Both the position numbers and the translations under genes were made by a program. Shown here piece after piece: positions 47,726-57,566 of a DNA stretch of 64,000 nucleotides. Positions within the stretch are counted from its first letter, which is position 1, and every line of letters starts with the position of its first letter. A model generated the notes under the pieces. It did no database searches, was not told where the DNA came from, and was given only the letters and a program-made list of their open reading frames with translations. Source of the DNA: Methanobacteriota archaeon. Its GTDB lineage: Archaea > Thermoplasmatota > Poseidoniia > Poseidoniales > Poseidoniaceae. Location: positions 53,818-117,817 of the forward strand of contig PBDU01000017.1 of NCBI GenBank assembly GCA_002718195.1, written 5' to 3'.

Positions 47726-48779
47726 CCTCTAATCTAGTTAAGTCAAGTTGTTCCGCATCCAATAAGATGCAACCGGGAATGTACATGTTTTCTGAGAAAC
47801 CATGTCTGTAGACTACGGCTCCAGAACCCCATTCATCTATGTAACGTGTCATTTGTTTAACCATTTTTTTCCTTTGGAATTCCACATCTGCGCCATAATA
47901 ATGTTTTGCGTCTATCCAAGCGATTGGTTCTCCATTAATTTCAACATGGTCTAAAAACAGTAGATCTGGAGTCCTAATTGGTCTTCCATGTTCTTGATTT
48001 TGTTCAGCAACCATTTCCGGTTGTCTGCGTAACCTAACTCCCTTCTGTTCGAACCAATCTGCTAACACTTCTTCGAACAAATCAGCCTTTTCGTGAGTTT
48101 CAGATTGATCCACATTACTCACTCTGTCAGCAGCCTCGGCTTTCTCAAATTCCTCACGCTCTCTTTTTTTGAATTTTGAGGGTTCTTTGAAGTGGGTTTT
48201 TATTCTTGCTTTAGACCATCCCTTCTCTGATAAAATTGTTCTAAAAATATTCATTGGGGGAAAATCAAATTTCCTCGATAAATCTACTACGCTGACGCCC
48301 TCTTCGTATAATCTTCGAAGCTGCTTCCCTTTTGACCTCATTCTATGATGGGAGTAAACTGTTTTTTGTTGAAGAAGAGCGCTTCGTAATGAAAGTGATT
48401 GGTCAAGGTTAATTTTCAAGTCTTGAATTTGGTCTCCGATTTCGTCAACTCTTTGCTCACTTAACCAACCAAATTCTCCTCTCTGAATTACTATTTTCGA
48501 TGCAGCCTCCTCATCACGAAGTGGAACAGGATTGGTTACCCACTCAAAAGAAAATGACTTCGCTTCTTCCAAATCTTCCGGAAACCCCATTTTTCTCGGT
48601 TCCACCTCGAATCTTTCCTCAGCCCGAGTTTTTGCCTCCTCTATGAAAGCCTCATTTCGGGTGTATATTGCCTCTGGGCTCGGTCCGCCGTATTTCTTAG
48701 GGCGTCGATTTTTATTGTTAGAGCGATTTCTCTGTTGCCGGGAATTATTTCTCCCAGTCGCACGATTCTTTTCACCCAT
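47709..48779 (-). CDS. TPD-motif / PD-(D/E)XK nuclease-fold protein (CDIN1/C15orf41-like) with polybasic N-terminal tail
   Basis: RTPDLLFLDHVEINGEPIAWIDAKHYYG (TPD ... IDAK = D...(D/E)xK core); N-terminus NRATGRNNSRQQRNRSNNKNRRPKKYGG. Confidence 0.55.
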   Translation of the reverse strand: MGEKNRATGRNNSRQQRNRSNNKNRRPKKYGGPSPEAIYTRNEAFIEEAKTRAEERFEVEPRKMGFPEDLEEAKSFSFEWVTNPVPLRDEEAASKIVIQRGEFGWLSEQRVDEIGDQIQDLKINLDQSLSLRSALLQQKTVYSHHRMRSKGKQLRRLYEEGVSVVDLSRKFDFPPMNIFRTILSEKGWSKARIKTHFKEPSKFKKREREEFEKAEAADRVSNVDQSETHEKADLFEEVLADWFEQKGVRLRRQPEMVAEQNQEHGRPIRTPDLLFLDHVEINGEPIAWIDAKHYYGADVEFQRKKMVKQMTRYIDEWGSGAVVYRHGFSENMYIPGCILLDAEQLDLTRLEANPQS

Positions 48780-48829
48780 AAATCAGTCGATATGAAGGAG
48801 GAGTATGAACCCTGCCCATTGTTTGCATT

Positions 48830-49366
48830 TTAATTCAATATTGCAATGACGTCTTTCATCCATGTCTTGGCCATGCTCTCAACACTCGTTCTAACCCATC
48901 TAGAAGCCAATGAGTAAATCTTATTCAAACTGTAATCAATATAAATTTCAATACCAGATTGGTCTTTGTCAGAAAGGATGGTAATTGTCATCTGCAGCGA
49001 CTTAATTGCGCCTCCGACATTTTTACCAAGTCTGGTTTGCCCATCCAACGAGATTTCCAATTCGTAAAATAATGGCTTTGAATCTGAACCCCTTGTGCTT
49101 TTGACAGTCCACTTTTCTTGGACTAAGGCCCCCTTTACTATTCTCTGAAGTTCAAATTCATCTCCCTGAACCAACGTATTCTGGGTTGAAGAAATGATAT
49201 GAGTAGTGGATTTCATCCAAGATGTCCAAGTCGTAATATCTGGCAGAATACCTACAATCCTGGCTGCTTCATCTTGCAAGAGTGTCTCGCGTACAAGAAC
49301 GCGCTTACCCTGCATGTACTTTCCTCGAAGGTGCTTCTCATCATCTTGTCGAATCATCTTAGCCAT
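48830..49366 (-). CDS. hypothetical protein (178 aa)
   Basis: Clean ORF, soluble; no motif. Confidence 0.4.
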   Translation of the reverse strand: MAKMIRQDDEKHLRGKYMQGKRVLVRETLLQDEAARIVGILPDITTWTSWMKSTTHIISSTQNTLVQGDEFELQRIVKGALVQEKWTVKSTRGSDSKPLFYELEISLDGQTRLGKNVGGAIKSLQMTITILSDKDQSGIEIYIDYSLNKIYSLASRWVRTSVESMAKTWMKDVIAILN

Positions 49367-49398
49367 TAATTCATAATTAAGAAGAGATTCCTCGGGAT

Positions 49399-52062
49399 AT
49401 GCATAGAAGGCAAATCGCTATTTTGAGCGTTTCAGCCTTGTTGCTATTTTCGTTATCTAATTTGCTAGCAGTCCATCAAATTACGGACCAAGACTATCTC
49501 GATTTTCCTCAAAAAATAGTATCAAACTCCGAGACCAACGCGGAATTACTTGGCTGGGCAAATTCTGCAGCTGGTTTTGGCCAGGATAACGTATACGATG
49601 CCCACGTGGACATAGAGGGTTTCACCTACCTAGTTGGATCTTATACAGATTGGATGGGCTTCAATGAACAAGTCGATGGCATTACTTCTGAAGGTGCGCT
49701 AGGGGATGTGGACATGTTCCTTGGGAAAATTGACAAGAATGGAGTTTGGCTAAATGCCACCACTGAAGGGAGTTCATCAGGTAAAGATACTATTCAAGCA
49801 ATCGACAGCTTCGAAAATGGAGACTTATTGTTGGCTGGAACATTTTGTGAAGGAACTGCCGGAATCTCTTGTAACCTAACATTAGGGGATATGCCGTCTC
49901 TTGAAAAAATATCCAACAACGATGAAGGTAACATATTCGTTGGCAGATACACAACCACAGGGGCCTGGCAGTGGGTTCAAAATATTGGAAACCAATATCC
50001 AGTTGAGATTATCGGAGCGGCTGTGAATTCAGTCCAAAATTCCGTTATTGCATTTACTCACTCGGAAGATATACCAATTAATGAGGCAGTCATCAATGGA
50101 ACACCCAATTATTCCCTTAGCATCTTAGAACTAGATTTCGCGGGTAATTATTCACAACACAGCACATTGGATGCATCACAGGGTTTTGAATCTCAAGGGG
50201 ATCTATGTCCGGGGAACGATGGTGAAACCTTTACTTTGTTTGGTTTTTCAGGAGTCCTCACCTCTCAAGAACTTTCAATTTCTAGTAATGGATGGAGCGA
50301 TATCGGTCTTACAAAATTCAGTTCAGGCTCAATTGAATGGATAAGCACAGGTGGCAGTGAAGAATCGGATATGCCGGCTTCCTGCTCCTATTCACCACTA
50401 GGAAAAATTGCGATGAGTTCGACAATAAGCGGTGATTCATTATTTGGATCTTTGGAGATTACCAATATCTCAAGTCGAGCAATGTCTGTAGTTGTAGCCG
50501 ATATGAGTGGTGAGTGGAAAGAATCGGCTTCACTGGATTCAGTTAACTATGAATCAATATCGGATATTGAATTTGATGTTCAGGGTGGATTAACAGTCCT
50601 CGGCTCAATTTCGTCAACTCTGACCATCGGTGATGATGTTCTAGATGATTTGGATTCGAGTAATGACATATACAGTAATGACGTTTTCTTGGGCTATCTC
50701 TCGAATAGCATGGAGTGGGAATGGGCACTCAATGCTGGTGGAGAAGGAAATGATGTAGGACGCTCCTTATCCAAAGGCCCAGATGGCTCTTGGGTCATCA
50801 CCTACATCTTCACCGATGAGAATACTATGGCAGGTCATGATGTAATTCACCAAGGATCAGAAGATGTTGGAATTTGGAGGTATGATACAGACATCGATGG
50901 TGATGGAATTCTAGATGGGGCTGATGTTTGCCCCAGAATACCGAATCCAGACCAAGCCAACCTGGACATGGACGAGTATGGGGATTTATGTGACCTGGAC
51001 GATGATGGAGATAGGATTCCAGATGAATTAGACGATTGTCCACTTGGTGAAACAGGCTGGGTGAGCCTTCAAAGCACTGACCATGATTCAGATGGTTGTA
51101 GAGATGCAGGTGAAGATCTTGATGATGATGAAGACAGAATTTTTGACCATAATGATGCTTGTCCATTGGGCCCTGTTGGCTGGATATCTACTCCCGAGGT
51201 AGATAGGGAAGGAGATGGTTGTGCAGATTTTGATACCGATGAGGATGGTTTTGTAGACCAAGCAGACAATTGCCCAAACCTACCCAATCCAACACAAACA
51301 GACCTAGATAATGATGGTAAAGGAGATCCATGTGATGAAGACGCAGATGGAGACACAATCAATTTGCCCCAAGACAACTGTCCTATGGATTTTGAACCCT
51401 GGATTAGTACAGAATTAATCGACCATGACAGAGATGGCTGCAGGGATTCAACAAATGATTTGGACGATGATGGCGATAATATCCTTGATGGCTTTGATGC
51501 CTGTCCAGTTGGTCAGACAGGATGGCTCTCAAACGATTCAACCGATTTAGATTCAGATGGATGCAATAATGAAGAAGATCTAGATGATGATAATGATGGT
51601 TTCAATGATGATGTGGATAACTGTCCTTTGGGGATTACCGGGGTTGCTCCACTCGGACAAGATCGTGACAATGATGGTTGCATAGATTCTGTAGAGGATT
51701 TAGATGATGATGGGGATGGTGTAGAGAATGATGCCGATCAATGTCCAAGAACGCCACTGATAGGTTCTGAGATCACGGCATATGGGTGTGCTTGGATTCA
51801 ACTGGATGATGATGGGGATGGCGTGTCTAACCTCGATGACCTTTGCCCTTCGTCCTCACAAGGAGCCCTGGTGACTCTAAATGGCTGTGAGATAATCCAA
51901 GAAACTAATACAGAGGTCAGTCCATCTTCATCTAATTCAGCCCTATATGTTGTTATCGCACTATTGTCGGTGGTAACAGGGGCAATCATTTTGAAGATAA
52001 AATCAGACAATTCAACAGGTGTGGAAAAAACAGTTCAATCCATTCCTAAAGAAGAGGAATGA
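49399..52062 (+). CDS. secreted protein with thrombospondin type-3-like Ca-binding repeats and C-terminal TM anchor
   Basis: Signal-like MHRRQIAILSVSALLLFSLSNLLAV; over 12 D-x-D-x-D-G-x-x-D-x-x-D/C units (DTDIDGDGILDGADVCP, DLDDDGDRIPDELDDCP ...); C-term LYVVIALLSVVTGAIILKIKS. Confidence 0.8.
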   Translation: MHRRQIAILSVSALLLFSLSNLLAVHQITDQDYLDFPQKIVSNSETNAELLGWANSAAGFGQDNVYDAHVDIEGFTYLVGSYTDWMGFNEQVDGITSEGALGDVDMFLGKIDKNGVWLNATTEGSSSGKDTIQAIDSFENGDLLLAGTFCEGTAGISCNLTLGDMPSLEKISNNDEGNIFVGRYTTTGAWQWVQNIGNQYPVEIIGAAVNSVQNSVIAFTHSEDIPINEAVINGTPNYSLSILELDFAGNYSQHSTLDASQGFESQGDLCPGNDGETFTLFGFSGVLTSQELSISSNGWSDIGLTKFSSGSIEWISTGGSEESDMPASCSYSPLGKIAMSSTISGDSLFGSLEITNISSRAMSVVVADMSGEWKESASLDSVNYESISDIEFDVQGGLTVLGSISSTLTIGDDVLDDLDSSNDIYSNDVFLGYLSNSMEWEWALNAGGEGNDVGRSLSKGPDGSWVITYIFTDENTMAGHDVIHQGSEDVGIWRYDTDIDGDGILDGADVCPRIPNPDQANLDMDEYGDLCDLDDDGDRIPDELDDCPLGETGWVSLQSTDHDSDGCRDAGEDLDDDEDRIFDHNDACPLGPVGWISTPEVDREGDGCADFDTDEDGFVDQADNCPNLPNPTQTDLDNDGKGDPCDEDADGDTINLPQDNCPMDFEPWISTELIDHDRDGCRDSTNDLDDDGDNILDGFDACPVGQTGWLSNDSTDLDSDGCNNEEDLDDDNDGFNDDVDNCPLGITGVAPLGQDRDNDGCIDSVEDLDDDGDGVENDADQCPRTPLIGSEITAYGCAWIQLDDDGDGVSNLDDLCPSSSQGALVTLNGCEIIQETNTEVSPSSSNSALYVVIALLSVVTGAIILKIKSDNSTGVEKTVQSIPKEEE

Positions 52063-54888
52063 TTAGGAATACACAATTGCTGGAGATAGCGGCATTGCTG
52101 CGCCTGCTTTACCAGTATCGTCTTCTGGGCTTTCAGCCATAATTACCTCAACACGCACCAATCCCAATTCATTGGAAATAAACTCGGTTCTGTCCATGAA
52201 TACTTTGAATTCACTTAATTTACTGAGAATAATCTCTCTAGTATCATCGTCCCATTTGAAAACTTGTGGTAACATTCTCTTAGACCAGAAGCCCATTACC
52301 TGACCTTTATTTTCATCATTTACTAATTCACTATTTGCGAGAAGTCCGATAAATTGTTTCGGATTTCCTCCAGAAATTATGTGCGATAGAGCCATTTTTG
52401 CCAGGTCGCGCTTCCAATCAGGAGAGACAACAATTTTCGCTTGTTGAGCACTACCTTCGAGATGCCTTTCAGCGATTGATTTGACCTTTCTAGCATTTTC
52501 CAAGAATGACTTCAGCAATTCTTCAGAATCTAGTATAGCCTTTTCTTGCTCATTTAAATCCGAAACCTCATCCATCACTTGGCTTGCAAGCAGTCCAGAT
52601 TCTCCGATTTGTTTCCACCAATCTTCTGCCAGGTGAGGTGTAGCCAATGCGATCATAAATGACCAGGATTTCAAAACCTTGGAACCTACTGAGGAATTGT
52701 TTCCTCCTCTTCTAACATACCAATTGATGTCTTTAGGGAGCTCATAATGGGATAATTCTACGGCTCTTCTCAAATCATATTCATCCATTGCGTCTTTCCA
52801 ATCAATCACTCGTTGTTTTAGCCTTGCTAGTAACCAGGAGTCCATCTCGGTTTCTTCATTACCCCATCCGAGAATGTTATCTGGAATTTTCTCCATTTGT
52901 TGCATGACCTTGTAATTTGCTTGCAGCGCTTTATCAGACCAATCCATTCCAGCAGTGGGATTAGCTGCAAATAGGATGAACAGCCTTACCGTATCTGCTC
53001 CAAAATTATCCACCATGTCTTCAGGTGAAACCGTATTCCCAAGACTCTTCGACATCTTTGCACTTCGAAGGCTTAGCGGGGAGTCACAGTGCGGGCAGTT
53101 CTTGTCAATATGTTCTACTGGTAGAGTAACTCCACAAGGTTCACACCAAGGAGCGGCCTTGTTTACCATTCCTTGGCAGAGTAAAGATTGGAATGGCTCA
53201 TCAATGTCGTGTAAGCCCAAGTCTCTTAGTGCCTTGGTCCAAAATCTAGCATATATCAGATGCATTTGTGCATGCTCTATTCCTCCACAGTAGAAATCCA
53301 CATTCATCCAATGATTTGCAACATCTTTGTCAAAACAAATATCATGATTCATTGCGTCCGTATATCTCAAGAAGTACCAGGATGAATCGACAAATGTATC
53401 CATGGTGTCAGTTTCTCTGCGGGCGGGCTTTCCACATTTAGGACAATCAACATTGAGGAAACTTTCCGAAGTTTCCAGTGGATTTCCTTTTCCAGTAAAC
53501 TCAACATCTCTTGGGAGCTCTACGGGCAATTGTTCTTCCGGAACTGCCACAGGTCCACAATCCTTACAGTGGATGATTGGAATCGGTGTGCCCCAATATC
53601 TCTGCCTTGATATTAGCCAAGGTCTTATTTTCCATTGAACAATTTTTTTTCCCATTCCAATTTCATGCAATTTATCACTAATCGCTGACTTGGCATCCTC
53701 GCCATATAGTCCATCAAATCCGGCTACTGGGGAATTAACCATCCAACCAAGTTCTGTTTCTGCCTTTTTCAACTCAGAACTTGGTTCTTGGTCCTCTTTC
53801 GTAACCAAAACACGTTTTACTGGAATGTCATACCTCTTTGCAAATTCAAAGTCTCTTTCATCATGACCCGGAACAGCCATCACTGCACCAGTTCCGTAAG
53901 ATGCGATTACAAAATTACCAATCCAAATCGGTATCTTCTCTTTTGTTAGAGGATGAATTACAAATTTACCAGTTGGTACGCCCTTTTTTGCACCTAGATT
54001 TTTTATCCTGTCGAATTCAGACATTATGCTCGTTTCTTCGAATAAATCCCGCCAAGCAGATTCAAATTCAGTGTCTTTAACTAGCATTTCAGCCAGTGGA
54101 TGCTCTGGTGCTAGAGTGACAAAAGTCACACCAAAAAGAGTATCAGGGCGGGTTGTGAAGACTTCAATATCCTGTTCAAAGTTTTCAATTTCAAACTTAA
54201 TTTCACACCCTTCACTTCTACCTAACCAATCTTGTTGAAGCAATTTCACATTGTTCGGAAAATCAATTTGCTCTAAACCATCAAGCAACTCTTGAGTATA
54301 ATCTGTAATATTGAGGAACCATTGACTCATGTCCTTCTGTTTTACAGGCCCATTGCATCTCCAACATCTCCCTGCTTTTACTTGCTCATTTGCTAATACA
54401 GTTGAACAAGATTCACACCAATTAACAGGAGCGAATTTCTGAACGGCTAAGCCATTTTCAAAAAATTTCGTGAAAAAATATTGATTCCACTTGTAGTATT
54501 TTGGGTCATGGCTCTTGATCATCCTTCTCCAATCATATGAGAATCCCATTCTTTTGATTTGTTGGGTAATTGAGTTCATGTTCTTCTCAGTGATATCATG
54601 TGGATGGCCACCTTCTTTGATAGCAGCATTTTCTGCAGGCATTCCGAATGAATCATATCCCATTGGGTACAAAACTTCGAAGCCCGACATTCTTTTGTAA
54701 CGAGCAACAGCATCACCAATTGAGTAATTCCTTACGTGTCCCATGTGCATTTTGCCGCTTGGGTAGGGGTACATTTCCAAGCAATAGAATGGAGGTTTAT
54801 CTCCTGATATTTCCGTTTCGAAAACTCCTGATTTATTCCACTGTTCCTGCCAGTAGACTTCATCACTTATCGGGCCTTCAGTCGACAT
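52063..54888 (-). CDS. leuS: leucyl-tRNA synthetase (archaeal type)
   Basis: HIGH variant HMGHVRNYSIGD, KMSKS (AKMSKSLGN), FPYPSGKMHMGH, CP1 editing region; 941 aa. Confidence 0.85.
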   Translation of the reverse strand: MSTEGPISDEVYWQEQWNKSGVFETEISGDKPPFYCLEMYPYPSGKMHMGHVRNYSIGDAVARYKRMSGFEVLYPMGYDSFGMPAENAAIKEGGHPHDITEKNMNSITQQIKRMGFSYDWRRMIKSHDPKYYKWNQYFFTKFFENGLAVQKFAPVNWCESCSTVLANEQVKAGRCWRCNGPVKQKDMSQWFLNITDYTQELLDGLEQIDFPNNVKLLQQDWLGRSEGCEIKFEIENFEQDIEVFTTRPDTLFGVTFVTLAPEHPLAEMLVKDTEFESAWRDLFEETSIMSEFDRIKNLGAKKGVPTGKFVIHPLTKEKIPIWIGNFVIASYGTGAVMAVPGHDERDFEFAKRYDIPVKRVLVTKEDQEPSSELKKAETELGWMVNSPVAGFDGLYGEDAKSAISDKLHEIGMGKKIVQWKIRPWLISRQRYWGTPIPIIHCKDCGPVAVPEEQLPVELPRDVEFTGKGNPLETSESFLNVDCPKCGKPARRETDTMDTFVDSSWYFLRYTDAMNHDICFDKDVANHWMNVDFYCGGIEHAQMHLIYARFWTKALRDLGLHDIDEPFQSLLCQGMVNKAAPWCEPCGVTLPVEHIDKNCPHCDSPLSLRSAKMSKSLGNTVSPEDMVDNFGADTVRLFILFAANPTAGMDWSDKALQANYKVMQQMEKIPDNILGWGNEETEMDSWLLARLKQRVIDWKDAMDEYDLRRAVELSHYELPKDINWYVRRGGNNSSVGSKVLKSWSFMIALATPHLAEDWWKQIGESGLLASQVMDEVSDLNEQEKAILDSEELLKSFLENARKVKSIAERHLEGSAQQAKIVVSPDWKRDLAKMALSHIISGGNPKQFIGLLANSELVNDENKGQVMGFWSKRMLPQVFKWDDDTREIILSKLSEFKVFMDRTEFISNELGLVRVEVIMAESPEDDTGKAGAAMPLSPAIVYS

Positions 54889-54950
54889 ATCTATCGCTCA
54901 AAGCGGGCTAAAACGCAACTTATTTCAAATGAACCATTGAAATACCAGTT

Positions 54951-57512
54951 TTAGCGACCAAATTTTTCATCGGTCTCAAGTAAGAAAATTGCTTCCCTTG
55001 TGAGTTTGTAACAGTTCTTCATCCCCATTTTCCTCCTTTCTACTAAGCCATATTTCTGAAGTGTTCTCAAATGGTGTGATATCAATTGCTGGCTTTTATC
55101 TAATCTCTTAGCCAGTGCGGCTTGGGTTGGGAATTCCCCCAATAATCCATCATCATCGAGGATTGTGAGGATTTTTCCTTGCAGAGATTTTGGATCAGGG
55201 CTAAGTGGTGGGACTGGTAACTCCTGCTCCTCAGTATAAGGATTCATGTCGCTTGTAAGAGGATAGTATCTCACCAATCTTCCATCTTTCTTTCTCCAAA
55301 TCTTATCTTCTTTTTCAAGAATTCTGATGTGATGAGTACACTGTCCATTAGACATCTGCATGGCAGCCATTAGTGCTCTAAAGTGACACCCAGGGTTTGC
55401 TGTGAGATAACCCATAATCCTTCCACGCTGGTATTTTCCATCCGTGGTTTCACTGGTTTTTCCAACTAAGCCAACTAACCAGAGTCCCATTGCAGTACTT
55501 GGAATTCTCAAGCTCTCATTGCTTATTATCGCAGTGACGAGTAAGGATAGCAAAGTAGTGCTTGCAATTACAGAAATTACTGGAATTACATTGTTAGCGG
55601 GGACTATTTGTTCTTGAATTTCTACTGTTTGTTCAACGGTTTCTTCTTCAATTAGTTGGATTTCTTCTACGTCGTCATAGATATAGACAATCTCTGTAAC
55701 ATCAAAATTTTGTATTTGGTAGTTCGAACAAGCAAGGGATGTATCAGAAGTCAATGAGCCTGTGAAAATACCAGATTGACCTTGTTGCGGAGCCCAATCG
55801 GTAATTCCCAATGCGCTATTCAAACCAAACTGAGTTTCGTCTTCTTGAGTTAATACCCAGCAAGTACCTTGCTCAGTCAAAAATCCAGTCCAAGTACCTA
55901 TTAGTTCAATCTCATTGATTATCGATTGTTCAGGAGCATCAGCCTCTTCTTCTGTTTGATCCTCAAGTGGCCAATTAAATTCAATAACGTGCTCGTTTAT
56001 TGAACGGGTTGCGAGTTTAATCTCGATTATGTATGTTCCATCCTCTAGGGAGCCACCTTCCGAGTTTAACATGATTATTTCATCTGTTTTGAGTATAAAT
56101 TCTGCTCCATCTGAAAGAGAGAAAGATCTACCATCGTATGTATCACAAACTGTCTGTCTAATCTGTAACCTTTGATTTTCGAGATTCTTCAGGGTAAGTT
56201 CAATCGCACAAGGTCCTTGCCAAGTCAAGTATGAGTTGCTTTGACTACTAAGTATAATGTCCATGTTAAAGCCATTTTCTGTTTCAGATAAATCAGCCTC
56301 GAGAGATAGTAAACTTTCTTCTCCGCATGGTTCTGCAAAGTTACGCTCAAACTCGAATGTTTGAGATTTGGATATTCCCAACTCTGGAATGCTCGCAACT
56401 ATGATGTATTCGCCAGTGCCTACAGAGCATCCATTTACATCAGTGAAGAACCAATTTGGCATCTGGAGATTTAGTACGCCCTGTGTAGGCACAACCCTTT
56501 CTTGTAACATTTCATTGCAGCCGCTTAATTGCTGGCTATCAAAAACAAGATTCCCTATTGCATCATAAATCCAGTAAACTGCACGACAGGAATTAGTAAA
56601 TTCCAGTTCAATATCACTGTCAAGAATATTTTCTAAGAGAATACTTGGTGCAAATGTAGAGTCTGAAGTAAGGATCTGTCCCGATGTTATACCATTTAGG
56701 TTAGAGGTCATTCCGTCAATCACCGGTTTAGGTAATAATGAAAATGTTTCACTCCATTCACCATTTGGTGTGGAGATTATCATCTCGGATCTTGTCTCGA
56801 TGTCGAAACTTAAGTCGATAACGTGATGCAATCTAGTCTCCCATCCCTCTAGTCCAATTTCATCAAAACAACTTGGACCAATTCTTTCCTCTCCGCTAAC
56901 TGAAATTATCAATTTGCAGAATTGGTCATCTGGCATAGATACGGAATTTTCATCGTAATTCGTCCACGTAAGTCTAGCAATTTCAGCATTATGTTCTGAA
57001 AAACCAGCAGAGGAGGACACTACCTCAACCTCCAAATTCAGGCTTTCAGGCCATTCCATTGGAGCAAAGAACTGAACATCAAATGACTTTGACAAATCAG
57101 TTCCGGTGTGTAACGATTCTATTGTGTATATTCCGCTTTCAACCAGTTGTTCGTTGATTTCAAAGTTCCAAAATGTCGAGTATGATTCACTGGTTTCGCC
57201 AGAATCAAGTGTTTGTCCACGAATTTGACCTCTGCAATTTTCTTCACCATTTTGAATGAGATTGCTTTCAGAGTCGTAAATGTTGACCACTATTCCACAT
57301 GTGGGGTCGTCATCAAAGGAAATAGAGTCTCCTGAATTCATCAGCCAAGAATTGAAGTTGATGCTGTCTCCTGAGACATACCACTCTTCAGCCTCGAAAT
57401 CAGTCTCAATTGACAGATTTACTTCCTGTTGAGCAGATATCCCCATCGGATATATTGCAAGAAGTAAAACCACGCACAAAGAGAGAATTTGCATGGTTCT
57501 CACTCTGCCCAT
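54951..57512 (-). CDS. membrane-anchored protein: signal peptide, large extracellular Cys-paired repeat domains, TM helix, two cytoplasmic winged-helix domains
   Basis: MGRVRTMQILSLCVVLLLAIYPMGISA; repeated C-x-[IV]-x-x-IYD-x-x-x-NL-x(6-8)-C units; TM VIPVISVIASTTLLSLLVTAIIS; wHTH-like PGCHFRALMAAMQMSNGQCTHHIRILEKE and QAALAKRLDKSQQLISHHLRTLQKYGLVERRK. Confidence 0.65.
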   Translation of the reverse strand: MGRVRTMQILSLCVVLLLAIYPMGISAQQEVNLSIETDFEAEEWYVSGDSINFNSWLMNSGDSISFDDDPTCGIVVNIYDSESNLIQNGEENCRGQIRGQTLDSGETSESYSTFWNFEINEQLVESGIYTIESLHTGTDLSKSFDVQFFAPMEWPESLNLEVEVVSSSAGFSEHNAEIARLTWTNYDENSVSMPDDQFCKLIISVSGEERIGPSCFDEIGLEGWETRLHHVIDLSFDIETRSEMIISTPNGEWSETFSLLPKPVIDGMTSNLNGITSGQILTSDSTFAPSILLENILDSDIELEFTNSCRAVYWIYDAIGNLVFDSQQLSGCNEMLQERVVPTQGVLNLQMPNWFFTDVNGCSVGTGEYIIVASIPELGISKSQTFEFERNFAEPCGEESLLSLEADLSETENGFNMDIILSSQSNSYLTWQGPCAIELTLKNLENQRLQIRQTVCDTYDGRSFSLSDGAEFILKTDEIIMLNSEGGSLEDGTYIIEIKLATRSINEHVIEFNWPLEDQTEEEADAPEQSIINEIELIGTWTGFLTEQGTCWVLTQEDETQFGLNSALGITDWAPQQGQSGIFTGSLTSDTSLACSNYQIQNFDVTEIVYIYDDVEEIQLIEEETVEQTVEIQEQIVPANNVIPVISVIASTTLLSLLVTAIISNESLRIPSTAMGLWLVGLVGKTSETTDGKYQRGRIMGYLTANPGCHFRALMAAMQMSNGQCTHHIRILEKEDKIWRKKDGRLVRYYPLTSDMNPYTEEQELPVPPLSPDPKSLQGKILTILDDDGLLGEFPTQAALAKRLDKSQQLISHHLRTLQKYGLVERRKMGMKNCYKLTREAIFLLETDEKFGR

Positions 57513-57566
57513 GTGTTAACGCAGGTAACTCATCCCTTGAAAGGGAATTGGTGCATACAGTGTGTA

